Below are positions 10,782 through 22,785 of a stretch of DNA of 64,000 bases, piece after piece. The position numbers and the translations under genes were made by a program. Position 1 is the stretch's first letter. Each line of letters opens with the position of its first letter. Source of the stretch: Blastocladiella emersonii ATCC 22665 (Eukaryota > Fungi > Blastocladiomycota); NCBI GenBank assembly GCA_025594325.1, contig JANHCV010000003.1, forward strand, positions 2,418,001 through 2,482,000, given 5' to 3'. Below the pieces are notes generated by a model. The model saw only the letters and a program-made list of their open reading frames with translations. It ran no database searches and was not told where the DNA came from.

Positions 10782-12564
10782 TCACTGCGCCCACGTCGCG
10801 CCGAGCGGAAGAAGCTCGTCGATCTTGGGCACATGTCGCGCAAACGCCTCCTCGTCGAGATCGCGCGGCGCAAACACTCTGAGCAGGCGCGGGACGACCT
10901 GGACGCGGAGCGCGGCAGCCCACCCGGTCACCTCGCCGTCGAGCACCATGTGTCCCTCGGCACACGTCGCCCGCGCGGACCACTTTGCGCCGTCGCCCGC
11001 GTACCGCGCCCACGCGGCGGGCCGGTAAGCCGGGTCGACGGGCACGACGACGACCGCGCGGACCTTCTGGTACTGGATCCCCGTGTTGCGGCCGTCGATG
11101 TGCTTGCCCTTGGACTGGTCGAGCAGGGTTGGGACCAGGCGCAGCGCGCTCGCGCCGCCGCCGTCGAGCAGACCCACGTCCATGCACCCGTCGCCCGCGC
11201 GCGCGTGCGGCGCCGCGTTGAACTTGTCCGACTGGTGCGGCAGGGTCTGCGCCGAGAAGTAGAAGTAGTCGTGCGCCGGCAGCGTCGTCCACCCGGACCC
11301 CGGCGCGAAGATGGCGGAGAGCGGGGTGTCGCGGACGCGCGCGGCGAGGTCCGCTGCCGTTTTGGGGGTCTCTTCTTCGTCGTGGGTGCCGAGCACCGAA
11401 TCCGCGCGCTCCTCTTCGTCGTCGTCGTCAGCGGGCAAAAACGCGATCCTCGCGCCGTACGTGCGCTTACACGCGAGCCGGACCGCCGCCACGACATCAA
11501 ACCGTAGTGGCCCTATCCACCGCATCGCCTCGCTGCCACCGTTGATATCGCCGACGAGCCCCCACGTCAGCGACAGATTGCAAAACCGCGCCTCGCCCGG
11601 TTCGGTCTCGGGGTCCGCGCCGGGCGGCGTCATGAACGTCGCCATGGCGTCGATCTCGCGCGTCCACCCCTTGACCGCCGCGAGGACCGCGACACGTGCG
11701 CACACGGCGTTCATGGACGCGGCGAGCCCGTTGCCCGAGCCTGCCGCGATGTGCGCGACGGGGACCGCAAGGCGCGCAGTGGACCAGTCGTGCGGGCGGG
11801 TCAGAAGGCCGTTGAAGAACTCGTGCACTAGACCGTCGCCGCCCGCGAGCAACGCGCCGTCGAGCCGCGAGATGTCCAGCGAACGCGCGACGTCCGTTGC
11901 GTGGCCGCGGTGCGTCGTCTCGACCACTACACTTGTCGCGTCAGCTTTGAGTTGCGAGGGAATGTGCGTGGTCGGCGTACCGTCAAACTCGTTCCCCTCA
12001 TGCGCGAGCTGGAGCAGCGGAACCACCACATCCGCGACGACGCCACGCGCCTTCTGCCGCCCGGCAAACGGGTTCGCGACGACGACGAACCGGCGCGGCT
12101 TCGTCACCTCGAGCCACTCGCGCAGTGTCGCGACGGCCGCGGCGGCGGCAGCGGGCGAGGCGGCCTGGAGCGTCCATGCCTCGAGCGGCGTCGTGGCGCG
12201 GTCGACGACGGGGCGCGGCGAGGTGGCCGGGCGGAGGACGAGGACGGCGAGCCGGGTGCTGGGCTCGGAGGAAGAGGAGGAGGTCAAGCTCGCGGCAGCG
12301 GCGCTGAGGTCGGAGAGCGTCCGAGGCAGCGCGGGGAGGGAGACCGGGAGGTGACGGACCCCAAGGACCCAGTCGCGGTGGAAGTGAGTAGTCTCTACGC
12401 CGTCGTGAGGGTCAGGTACGGAGCTGAGGGCCGTGCTGAGCGAGTACGGTACCCGTCCCGTCCGCGGCGACGACGGACACGGCGCCGCGGCCGTCGGGCG
12501 GGCTGAGGTCGACCTGGCTGGCCACGGCGCCCTTGGGCTTCGCGAGCTCGAGCGTCAGATTCAT
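10782..12564 (-). CDS. Sphingosine/long-chain-base kinase (DAGK catalytic domain), paralog 1
   Basis: Motifs NPFAG, GGDGLVHEFFNGL, GSGNGLA, GHMVLDGE; ATG at 12564 (MNLTLELAK) with one 5' intron whose exact donor is uncertain. Confidence 0.9.
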
Positions 12565-12759
12565 GGTAACTGCTGATAAGCCATTTATTCGCGGTCGCGT
12601 CCTTGGGAGAGGGAGAGCAAGGCCTCAAAGCTTCCTCATCGACGCCGTCGAGTACGGAATCCGCCCCCGCACTGGACCTGTCCTGAAACGCATCGCGCCG
12701 CGCCCTCAAGCTCTGTGAGCGGTCAACCAATCACTGCTGTACATGTACGGTATACGTTG

Positions 12760-14407
12760 CTACTCGGCAACAAGCCGCGCCGGTCCCTCGGTCCGCGCGC
12801 GCTTCTTGTGCCGCGCGTCGCCCGCGTCGCCGCCGTCGCGCGACACGAGGATGGTCCGGTCGTCGTCGTCGTCCGAGTGCTGCCGGCGGAGCGGGGACGC
12901 GTGCACTGGCTCTGGTACAGGCGCTGGGGCAGGCGTTGGTGCTGGAGCGGGCTCAACGGCAGCTGGCGGGGCGGGTACCGCGGCCGCCTCCTCGCGCGCA
13001 AGCTCCGCGAGCTCCGCCTCGAGCAAGTCGTCATCGATCCCCGCGGCCTGCGCCGTCGCGTTATTCACCATCTCCACGTTAACCGCGACCGCGTCGTCGA
13101 GCTCCTGCTGGTCCGCGAGGGCGTCGGCGAGCGCGTCCATGGTGCCCTCGACGGCGTGCTGGGCGAGCGCCGGGTTATCGAGGAGGCCGCGGAGCGCGGC
13201 GGTGCCGGACTGGTACGCGCCGAGGATCGCGGTGTCGGTCTCGGACGTGTCGACCTTGAACAGGATCCCGGCCAGGGTCTCGCGCGTCGCCGCGCGCTTG
13301 TCGCGCACCGACTCGAGGTTCTTCTTGCGCTGGATGCACCGCAGCGCCGACGGGCGGCGGTCGGCTTTCAGGTGCACGCGGGCTTCGGCGAGGATGCTAC
13401 GGGGGTACAGGTGTCAGTTGGGCACAATATGAGAGATGGTTGAACGTACGCTTCGATCCGCCGTTCAGCGTCGGCGAGCTGCGCCTCGACCATCCGCATC
13501 GTGCGCTTGAGCTTGGCGAGGTGCCGGTCAATCTCCGTGACCACAACACTTTCCGCCCCCGGCCGCCCGCGCGCGAGCTTGACGAGCGACTCGGCCGGAT
13601 CAAACGCCAGCATCCCGGCCCTCTGCGCGTGCGAGAGAAGAATCCGGGCATCAACCGTGTCGAGCGCCGGGATCCCGAGTCGCGCGGCAAACTCGTCGAG
13701 CGGGAGGAGCGACTCGCACAGCGTGTGGACCGAGGACGCGAGGCGCGCGATCTGGTCGAGGTCCGCGTCGACGCGCGCGACCAGCACGTACGTGCCGTCG
13801 CGGATCTCGGGCTCGGCGGAAGCGGCGGCGTGGGTCGGCGGCGACGAGTAGACGCCGAGCGCGGACAGGCCCCATAGCAGCGGCGCGGCGAGGGATGACA
13901 GGTACCCGGCGCCGCCCGCGTCGGTGCCCGGTGACGAGGCGCGGAGGAAGTCGTCGACGGCGACGAGGTCGCCGAGCTTGACGAGTTCGAGCTACATTCT
14001 CCCGCGCGTCAGCACACACTGCCGCTCCCCCTCGTTCACCCCGCCAGCAACCGTCGTACCAGCACCCGCGGCATACCCAGCGGCGCGATCCCATCGACCG
14101 CGAGCGCGCCGGCGATCCGACGCGCGTCGAGCGTGAACCGGGACTTGAGGGCGGCGCCGTGGGCGACGCACACGTCGTGGACGACGCGGTGCCAGAAGGC
14201 GAGCTTGGCGTCCCAGGCGGCCGGGTTGACGCGGCGCGACCGGTAGAAGGCGGCGAGCATGGTCGGCAGGTGTGCGCCCTCGGACGCGGCAATGGACCGG
14301 ATCAGGGCGGGGATGTCGGGTGCGGGCGAGGGCGCGAGAGCGGAAGCGGACGGCTCGTCGGGCGTCGCGGTGCCCGAGGGCGGGCGGTGGAGCGGGGTTG
14401 ATGACAT
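12760..14407 (-). CDS. CHMP7: ESCRT-III-like CHMP7/Cmp7 (winged-helix plus Snf7 domain), 3 exons
   Basis: LAAFYRSRRVNPAAWDAKLAFW matches the CHMP7 N-terminus; Snf7 part (ALRCIQRKKNLE...ILGAYQSGTAAL...DDDLLEAELAEL); GT-AG introns near 14000-14065 and 13386-13448. Confidence 0.88.
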
Positions 14408-14602
14408 TGCAGCGAGTGTGGCGAGGTGAAGTTACATAGGAGTGTGGGGTGGCGGAGAGAGCGGGAGAGGGTGAGCTGAACGTCGCGTCGAGCATGAGCG
14501 TGATGGATTGAGCAGAGCGTTTATTCCAAAATCAGGGTGTGTGCGCGGTCGAGGGACGAGTGGGAGCATGGGCGGCAGTGGGCGGGCGTGGATATAGCGA
14601 GA

Positions 14603-15530
14603 CTAGGAGGACTTGGCGGCGGCGGCGGCGGGCGAGGAAGAAGACTTGGAGGGCGACGAGGACGCGGCGGCAGCAGCATCGGCCGACTTTGGCGCAGCGG
14701 CAGCAGTGTCCTTGACGAGGCACCACATGCGGACCTCGTAGAGGCCGCGTGGCCAGTTGGACTGCTTCTGCTCCTTGACGACGCGGAGGCCGGCTCGCTT
14801 GAAGACGCGGCGCCAGACGTTGTCGGCGCGGGTCATGGACGAGTCCTGGGTGTCGATCTCGGACTCGCCGTACTTGCCCGTGGCCACGTTCTCCTTGACG
14901 CCGATGACGGGGCACACGGCGATCATGCGCTGGAAGAAGGCGACGAGGTCGTCGTCGGTGAGGTGACCGAGGACCCACTGGCACCAGACGATGCCCGAGT
15001 AGGCGATCTTGTGCTCGAGCGGGTCAAACGACTGCAGGCCGCAGTGGATGAAGCGGCGCGCGACGCCGGCGAGCGCCGGGTCGTTCTTGGCCGTGTTGAT
15101 GAAGTGGTGGTCCTGCTCAACGAGGTCCACCTCCTTGAAGAAGTGCGACAGGAAGCTCTTGGTGACGCGCCCGATGCCGGCGCCGCAGTCTGTTTGCGTA
15201 AAGGGTTAGGTGACGAGCGGGTTCCCGTAAGGGTAGGAGCACGCACCGCAGGCCGAACCGCGCGCGACGGTGCCGTCCTTGATGAGCGGCTCGAGGAACT
15301 TGATCGAGTCGGCGGCGTCAATGTCGTCGAGGTTGGCGAAGCCGCCGAGCATGCCGTCGACGGTTGGCTCGACGCTCTGTTTGGTAGAATGGGAGGGTAC
15401 ACGCTTAGCGTCCGTTGTCCGAGCACGGGAGAGAGCCACACAAGCGGCGGGCGGCTACCTTCCAGTACTCTGCGGCGTCGTGGTACCACGTCGGGCCTCC
15501 GGGCTCAGTGGGGTTGGTGGTGCTGGACAT
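14603..15530 (-). CDS. NTM1: Alpha-N-terminal protein methyltransferase (NTM1/Tae1), 3 exons
   Basis: WYHDAAEYWKSVEPTVDGMLGG, DCGAGIGRVT (restored by intron 15190-15246), WCQWVLGHLTD, VKENV, DSSMTR. Confidence 0.95.
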
Positions 15531-15805
15531 GGTTTAATAAAGGTCGATGCGTGGCAGTTGCAGGGTGTTGCGTTCGCTCCGTGGGACTGCGTCGTCGTCG
15601 TCTAGGGAGGGCGGGGCGGGCTGATAAAGCGGCACGATGATCTCCCGGCCCAAAAAGCGAAACGGACGCACGGCAGCGTGCGCGTCACATGATAAGCCAC
15701 CGCGCGCGACCAACGCGTCTCGCGGCACCCGCACGTGCGCGCTCCCATCCTCTTCCGCGCCTTCCCTCTTCGCTCTCGCTCTTTCTTCCCCGCCCACGCC
15801 ATACC

Positions 15806-18031
15806 ATGTACCAGAGCCACAGCCGCAGCCACAGCCACGCCCACAGCCCGCGGCGCAGCGCTGCCGCGACCCCCGTGCCGCCGATGCCCGCCCCGACCCC
15901 GCCCATGATCAAGACGCTCCCCTACGCCGCCGCCGCCGCGGCCTCCTCGTCCTCGGAGTCTGCGAAACGGTGGGCGCCGCTGCCCGCGGGGATCGGGCTC
16001 GGCGTCAACGCGCGCACGCGCCGCGCCCTGCTCAACCCGCGCCGCCGGTCGCGCCTGCGCTTCGCCGGCCTGCTCGGCGCCCTCGTCCTGCTGTGCTGGC
16101 TCCATTGGCACTCCAACCTTGCCGGCGACGAGGTCGACGAGGTCCCCGACCTCGTGCTCGAGCCCGAAGATGATGTGCGACTGCCGCGCGGTGCAGCCCG
16201 CGCGAGGCATCATCTGGACGACGTGCCCGTGTCCGCGCCGCCGCTCGAGCCGGGTGCCGCGCCGACGCTCGCGTCGCCATTCCTCAACCTGCCGTGCCCG
16301 TGGTCGCTCAGCGGAGCGAACGCGACGCGGTCGCAGCCGGGGCACGACGCGATCCTCGTCAGCGTGTACCCGCCCGCCGTGCTCCCCGCCCAGCCCGCCC
16401 AGTCGGATGCACCTTCATCCGCCTCGTCTTCCCCACCGCCACCATCGGCTTCGAGTGACGCGGCCCCGCCATCCCCGCTCGCGCTCCACGTCCCCATGGT
16501 CTTCATCATCCAGCCGTGGCAGTTCTCGGAGCTGCGCCGCGCACCACCCGCCTGCGTGTTCCGCGTCCCGGCCACCTCGCCGACCGCCGCCGGGCGCGAC
16601 CAGACCACGTCGGCAGCGACGGCAAGAGAGCTCGAGTCGCGCAGCACCGCGCCGTACCTGCTGCACCCGCACACGGAGCGGCCGTCCGTGACCCAGTCGA
16701 CGCTGGTCGTCTTCTGCCCGGTCCCGCCCTCGGTGCCCGCCGTCGCTGCGATCCACTCGGTCCGGCTCTCGGGCACGCTGTCGACGCCCGCCCTCGCCAT
16801 CCCGCGGCCCGTCACCCCACCACCGGCCAAGACCGACGGCGACGCGCTGCGCGTCGGACTGTGCCTCGGCCCACTGTTCACGCCGCCCGCGAAGCCCGAG
16901 CCGCGCCGCCGCCCACCCGCGAAATCCGACCCCTCTGCATCCGACCTGCACTCGGACCTGATGCTGGGCCTCGTCGACTTCCTCTTCTACCACCGCGCGC
17001 TCGGCGTGCAGCAGTTCTACGTGTACGTGGCCAACACGTCGCCCGCAACCGCCGCCGTCCTCGACTACTTCCGCCCGTGGGTCCTGCCCATCCCGTGGCA
17101 GGCGTTTGGCGTCGGCCCCGCCGCCGACGGCGCGTGGTACCACCACCAGACCGCCGCCAATAACGACTGCCTCAACCGGTTCCGCACCAAGCATGATCGG
17201 ATCTTGTTTGTGGATACCGACGAGTTCCTCGTCCCGCGCCGCAGCGAGTGGAGGTCGGTCTCGGATATGGTGCGCGGGATCGAGGCCGAGGCGCCGTCTG
17301 CGGGCGCGCGGGCTGGTGAGGAGGGCGAGGGCGACGCGGTGGCGGGGGCGGCGGGGCTCGCGCGGCGGACTACGCTGCTGTCGCGCCTGCAGCGCATGTG
17401 GCGGCGCGAGTCGGTCGATGCGGGAGCAGCGGCGCCGAGCGCAGACGCCCCGCTGACGGCCGTCCCCGCAGACCCCGCCGCCGTGGACCGGCACCCGGCG
17501 CTCGTCTTCTCGAACCTGTTCTGCAGCACCAAGGTCGACCGCTCCTCCTCCTCGACCCCTCCCTCCCTCAACACGACCGCCGCCCCGCCGCCCATGGCCA
17601 TCATCCCAGACCTCGCGTGGTGCGAGACCGCAGCGCAGACGAGCGGGCGGACCAAGACGCTGACGGGCCCGCACACCTTGGCCATCAACATCCACGTGCC
17701 GTTCCCGGGCCGCGCGTCGCCACGGCTCGCCGTCGACCCGACCGAGGCCGTCGTCCACCACTACCGCCGCCTGCACGGCCTGCCGACGCCGCCCGGCCGG
17801 CCCGTGGTCCCCGGCCGGCTCGGCGACCCCGCGCACGGCGACACCCGCGTCGTGCCGAACCTGAGGGCCGACCCGCGGTGGAAGAAGGTGTGGGACGAGG
17901 TCGACGCGAGCGGCGTGTGGGACCACCTCCGCGCCAGCGGGTTCGACGAGCAGGTCTCCCGGTACGAACTGGTCGTCAAGCGCGCCGGCGGCCCTGGCGC
18001 GGGCGCTGTCGCCAAGGACCGCAAACCGTGA
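15806..18031 (+). CDS. Type II membrane glycosyltransferase, family 92 (DUF23)
   Basis: N-terminal TM (FAGLLGALVLLCWLHW); LCLGPLF, FYHRALGVQQFYVY, QTAANNDCL, ILFVDTDEFLVP (DxD), VHHYR. Confidence 0.8.
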   Translation: MYQSHSRSHSHAHSPRRSAAATPVPPMPAPTPPMIKTLPYAAAAAASSSSESAKRWAPLPAGIGLGVNARTRRALLNPRRRSRLRFAGLLGALVLLCWLHWHSNLAGDEVDEVPDLVLEPEDDVRLPRGAARARHHLDDVPVSAPPLEPGAAPTLASPFLNLPCPWSLSGANATRSQPGHDAILVSVYPPAVLPAQPAQSDAPSSASSSPPPPSASSDAAPPSPLALHVPMVFIIQPWQFSELRRAPPACVFRVPATSPTAAGRDQTTSAATARELESRSTAPYLLHPHTERPSVTQSTLVVFCPVPPSVPAVAAIHSVRLSGTLSTPALAIPRPVTPPPAKTDGDALRVGLCLGPLFTPPAKPEPRRRPPAKSDPSASDLHSDLMLGLVDFLFYHRALGVQQFYVYVANTSPATAAVLDYFRPWVLPIPWQAFGVGPAADGAWYHHQTAANNDCLNRFRTKHDRILFVDTDEFLVPRRSEWRSVSDMVRGIEAEAPSAGARAGEEGEGDAVAGAAGLARRTTLLSRLQRMWRRESVDAGAAAPSADAPLTAVPADPAAVDRHPALVFSNLFCSTKVDRSSSSTPPSLNTTAAPPPMAIIPDLAWCETAAQTSGRTKTLTGPHTLAINIHVPFPGRASPRLAVDPTEAVVHHYRRLHGLPTPPGRPVVPGRLGDPAHGDTRVVPNLRADPRWKKVWDEVDASGVWDHLRASGFDEQVSRYELVVKRAGGPGAGAVAKDRKP

Positions 18032-18146
18032 GCTTCGCGAGAGTATCATCATAATATAACCTATTCCCCCGTCACGCGGCCGCCTGCACGACTCCTCGCC
18101 CGTCCCTCACCCCCCGCCTCACCGCCCACACCCGCGACTCGGTGCA

Positions 18147-18842
18147 ATGGCCGACACATCCCAATCGCAGCCGGCGGCGCAGATGGCGGCGCCCAAGAAG
18201 CACAAGCCGGTGCGCGCGTCGGCCGACCACGACGACGGCGGCGGCGACGACGGCGCCCTCTCGTCCATCTCCGATTTCGGGCTCCCCGCGTCGCAGATCT
18301 CGCGCATCTTCAAGGACGCGGCCGGCGCCAGCAAAATGTCCCTGGCGCGCGACGCGCGCGAGGCCATGAACCAGAGTACCGTCACCTTCGTCAACTATAT
18401 CACGGCGCTGTACGTCCGGGAAGGGTTGGAGAGGGAGGGCGGGGAGGGAGGCTGACGACGTGTATGTAGCGCGCACGAGGTGGCGACCAAGGCCAAGAAG
18501 AAGACCATCAACGCCAACGACGTGCTGGCCGCGGTCGAGGCCGCCGAGATGGCCGACATGCTGCCGACGCTCCGCATCGCGCTCGAGCGTACGTTCCTCT
18601 CCCCACCGTTATCGACCCCCGCTCACTCCGCTCGCGATCGTGTAGAGTACCAAGCCCAGAAATCGCAGAAAAAGTCTTCCTCGTCGAGCGCGCGGCAACC
18701 CGCCGCTCCCACCGCCGCGGCCCCTGCGGCCCCCGCCGCCGTCGTCGTCGCGGCACCACCACCGCCGCCACCACCGGTCGCCGTGGCGAACGAGGAAGAG
18801 GACGACGAGGAGATTGATATCATGGAGACGTCTGACGGGTGA
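18147..18842 (+). CDS. DPB4: Histone-fold protein DPB4/POLE3/CHRAC17 (NF-YB-like), 3 exons
   Basis: LPASQISRIFK...ARDAREAM...TFVNYITALAHEVATKAKKKTINANDVLAA; introns 18410-18469 and 18589-18645. Confidence 0.88.
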
Positions 18843-19040
18843 GTGAATACACGCGCGTGCTGCGGCCGCGCGGCCACGTGCGAAATGCGAGACACTTTTG
18901 ACCGTGATCAGGTCGGCCGTCAGTCAGTTAGTTGCTGGAGTGCGCATCCCCCATCCCTCGACTCGGCTTGGCTGGACTGGACTGGACAGGCCAAGAGGCA
19001 GGCTCGATCCGGGCGGGTCTCGGCTCCTCTATTGAGAACC

Positions 19041-20570
19041 ATGGAATCGATAGCGACTAGTAGTACACTTGCAAATGAACACGGTGGTCACGGCCGCGAC
19101 CTGACCCTCGCCACGGCCAAGGCGGCCATGGCCACCGCCTCGCCCGCGGCCGCCGCGCTCGACTCGGCCATCGGCGGGTCTCCCACGACGGCGACGGCGA
19201 CGACCACGCTCACGCTGTCCGAAGAGCAATCAACGGCCATCACCGAGTCCGTGGCGCAACACGCGCTGCGCCAGCCCGAGATCCTGCGCATCCTGCTGCG
19301 CTACGTAGCCGTAGCCACGGGCGCGCTGCGGGAGGCGACGCTCGTCGATTCAGCGTGGCACGCCGCCGTGATCCGGCACATCAACGCCCTGCTCCCGCTG
19401 CCCTCCCCGGCCTCCCTCGCCGTCACCGCCACGCGCGGCGTCGCGCGGCGCGTCCCGCCCGCCGCCTTCGCGACCCACTGCGTGACGCGGACCTACGTCG
19501 CGGCCACGATCCGCGCGCACCCGCGGGGCCTGCCGCGCCTGCTGCGCGTGTTCCACTACATCGACGCGTGGCGGTCGAGCGAGCCCCGGTTGCGCGACCT
19601 GATGCTCGTGGTCGCGTCGCAGCCGCAGCCGCGGCATCCCAGAAAACACGGCGCGCCCGCGAAGGCCGCAGCCGACCCGGTCCTCCCGCTCGTCCTCGAC
19701 ACGTTCCTGCACGCGTGCCCGCGGTCCGCCAACATGGGTTTCGTGTGGGCGACCATGGAGACGGTCCTCGAGCGCGACGCGCACGCGGTCCTCACGCACC
19801 TCTCGGCGCTCGCACTGCGTGCGCATCCCGCGGCGGTCGCGGCGGGTGTCGCGCCGCAGCCGAATTCGGCGCAGGAGGTGCGCGAGGCTGCGGTGCTCGC
19901 GGCCCTGCGCGACGAGACGACGGCGCTCGAGGGGGAGGGTGGGGCCAAGTTTAAGGATCACACAGCTATCATCCGCCACCGGCTCACGGTCGTCGACCGA
20001 CACCTGCTCCTCAACGTCTACGCGTGGTGTACCCGCTGGATCGCGCTCCTGCAGCACGCGCCGCCGGCGACCGGGTCCGCGGCGCCGAAGACTGTGGCCG
20101 CGGCGACAGCTGAACCGACCGCCGCCGCGCCGGCCACCCCAACCTCACCACCCACCACCATCGCCACCGCCCTCTCCGCCGCAAAACCCTTCCCCGCGAT
20201 CCTGAGCGGCGACGCGATCGACGCGACGCTGGCGCACCTGTTCTGCGGGCTCGACGCGGCGCGCCGCCGCGCGTGGGAGTCGCTGCTGCGCCAGATCCTG
20301 CGGTGCACCAACAAGTGGCTCAGCATCGTGTGCACCATCTCGCGCGTCATGGACACGGTCACGGAGCACGCGCAGCTGGTGGTCGAGGTGCAGCAGCAGG
20401 CGGGGGTGGCGGGGGTGGCGGCGCCTGGCGAGAACGCGGGCGCGGCGCCGCCAAGTGTGGTGGCGCAGCAGCAGCAGCCGGCGCCGCAGCAGCAGGTCGA
20501 GGAGGTGGCCGCCGATGGACCCGCGGACGCGACGGATACCCCCGCCGCCGGCGCACCGATCGAAGAGTAG
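19041..20570 (+). CDS. Hypothetical protein with possible F-box-like motif
   Basis: Long ORF; ALRQPEILRILLRYV...ATLVDSAWHAAV resembles an F-box; start chosen at the ATG at 19041. Confidence 0.7.
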   Translation: MESIATSSTLANEHGGHGRDLTLATAKAAMATASPAAAALDSAIGGSPTTATATTTLTLSEEQSTAITESVAQHALRQPEILRILLRYVAVATGALREATLVDSAWHAAVIRHINALLPLPSPASLAVTATRGVARRVPPAAFATHCVTRTYVAATIRAHPRGLPRLLRVFHYIDAWRSSEPRLRDLMLVVASQPQPRHPRKHGAPAKAAADPVLPLVLDTFLHACPRSANMGFVWATMETVLERDAHAVLTHLSALALRAHPAAVAAGVAPQPNSAQEVREAAVLAALRDETTALEGEGGAKFKDHTAIIRHRLTVVDRHLLLNVYAWCTRWIALLQHAPPATGSAAPKTVAAATAEPTAAAPATPTSPPTTIATALSAAKPFPAILSGDAIDATLAHLFCGLDAARRRAWESLLRQILRCTNKWLSIVCTISRVMDTVTEHAQLVVEVQQQAGVAGVAAPGENAGAAPPSVVAQQQQPAPQQQVEEVAADGPADATDTPAAGAPIEE

Positions 20571-20627
20571 CGAAGCCGAGCGAGCCAGACACATGTAACC
20601 GTAAGAATATATCACACCCATTACGGA

Positions 20628-22753
20628 CTACGCACCGACGCCCGCGACGGGGTTCAGCTTGCGCTTCTTGGCCGCGACCATCTCCTCCCCTACACGCGCA
20701 TGCTGTCAGTTAGTCCTGCTCGCACCCAGCACTTCGTCGCAACCGTGAACGTACACATGACAGCCTCATCGACCGCAAGCGACTCGCCCGCCGCCGACCG
20801 AGCCCACCGCACCACATTCCCTTCCACCCCATCTTCTCCCACCACCACGCGCCGCGCACGGTTCGCATCCCGCACCGCGCGCCGCCGCGCGTGCAGCGGC
20901 ACCCGCGGGAGCCCCGCGACGGCGGCCCAGTCGCGGCCGGCCCACCGGTGGTCGACGGGCGCGAACGCGCGCTCGGCCGTGACGGCGAGCAGCTCCGAAC
21001 CAGGGTGCGATGCGGCGCGCGATGCGATGTACTCGAGCTGGCGCGCGACCGCCGTCGCGCCCGACTGGTCGGGCATCGGGCGCGGCGGAGGGCGCGGGCG
21101 CGAGGTCGGAGGTAACGGGACCGCGGCAGCAGCGGGTTCGGCGGGGACGGGCGCGGCGGTGGCAGTGGAAGCCGCGGTGGAAGCCGCGGTGGCGAGGGTC
21201 GTCGTGGAGGGAGCGGCGGAAGCGGGGAGTCGGGGCGGTTCAAGCACGGGCGCCGCGGCGGGCGGTGCCGCGTTCGTCGTCGCGGCCGGGGCCGGCGTCG
21301 AGATCGGAGCGGCGGCAGTAGGGGCAGGTGCAGGCGCGGGAGCCGGCGCAGCAGCCGCATCCGCAGCCTTAGCGACAGCGGCGGCGGGCGCGGGCTCCTT
21401 GGCCTTGGCCTTCTTGCCAGCGGCGGGCGCAGGCGCTGCTGGCGCGGGAGCAGGAGCCGAGTCGGCGGCACTCGTCGGCGCGGCGGCCGCGGCAGCAGCA
21501 GTCGCCTTGGGCTTCCGCGGCGCGGCCTTCTTCTTGGCGGGTTTCGCTGCGGGCGCGTCGCTCGCGGAAGCAGCAGCGGCCTTGGCCGCCTTGCCCTTGG
21601 CAGCGGGCTTGGTCGCTGGCGCGGGAGCAGCAGGTTCAGGAGCTGGGGCGGGCGCGGGAGCAGCAGCGGCGGCGGGAGGTTGCGCTGGAGCAGCAGCGGG
21701 CGGGGCGACGGGAGCCGGTGCGGACACGGGCGGCGGCTGCACGGGCGCGGGCGCTGCAGGCTGAACTGGAGCTGGAGCCGGAGCCGGCGCCGAGACGGGC
21801 GGAGGCGGAGGCGCCGGCGACGAGGTAGCGGCCGCAGGCGCAGCGGGTGCCACGGGCGCCGGGGTGCGGCCGAGACGCTGCATCGACGCGTCAATGACCT
21901 TCTCGACGACGCCGCTGAACTTGCGGATGGACGCGAGCAGCGTGTTCATCTGGTTCTCGTCGAAGCGGGTCATGGACCGGCTGAGAAGCGTGGCCTGCGA
22001 GTCAAAGTTTTGGCGCTACACGCGAGTGTTGCGGATCGTGAGTTTTGAGGTCGGTCGAACGGATTCCGCGGGGAGTACAACGCACGTAGAGGTTCCAGCG
22101 CTTGATCAGGGTCTCGTGCTTTTCCTTTTGCGGGAGGTGGATGAGCGGCTCGTTCTCGTACTGGTTCATGCGGGCGTCGAGAACGACGAGCTCCTGGCGG
22201 CACGCGTTGAGGAGGGCGAGGAGGGCGTCGCGCTTCTCGGGCGTGACGGCGTACGAGGCCGGGAGCTGCTGCTGGGCAGGCGCGGCGGCGGTCGCGGGTG
22301 CACCGCCGGCGGCGCCCGGGACGGGCGGAGTGGGCTGCGAGACGGTCGGCGGGAGCGGGGAGACCTTTTGCTGCTGCTGCTGCTGCTGCTGTTGTTGTTG
22401 CTGCTGCTGGAGCTGGAACTGCTGGAACTGCTGCTGCTGCTGGAAGAGCTGCTGCTGTTGCTGCTGTTGCTGTTGCTGCTGCTGCATCATGACCTGGGCC
22501 TGGGCCTGGACCATGAGGGCGATCTGCTGCTGCGGGATGCCCTGGCGCTGGAGCTGGAGCTGGTAGGCCTGCAGGTTGTTGAGGTTGGTGTTGTTGGTGG
22601 CGAAGCCCGCGGGGGCGGGGGCGGGCGGCGCGGCGTTCTGGAGCATGAGGCGCTGCTGTTGCTGCTGCTGCTGTTGTTGAAGCTGCTGTTGTTGAATCTG
22701 ATGCTGCTGCTGCTGGATCTGGCGCTGCTGCTGTTGCTGCTGTTGGAGGATAA

Positions 22754-22785
<32 letters not shown>

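Noticed and set aside
12340-12460. Apparent frameshift or 25-nt micro-intron in kinase paralog 1
   Set aside because: An alternative phase-0 donor (GTACTC, 53-nt intron) joins the exons in frame, so no lesion is required.
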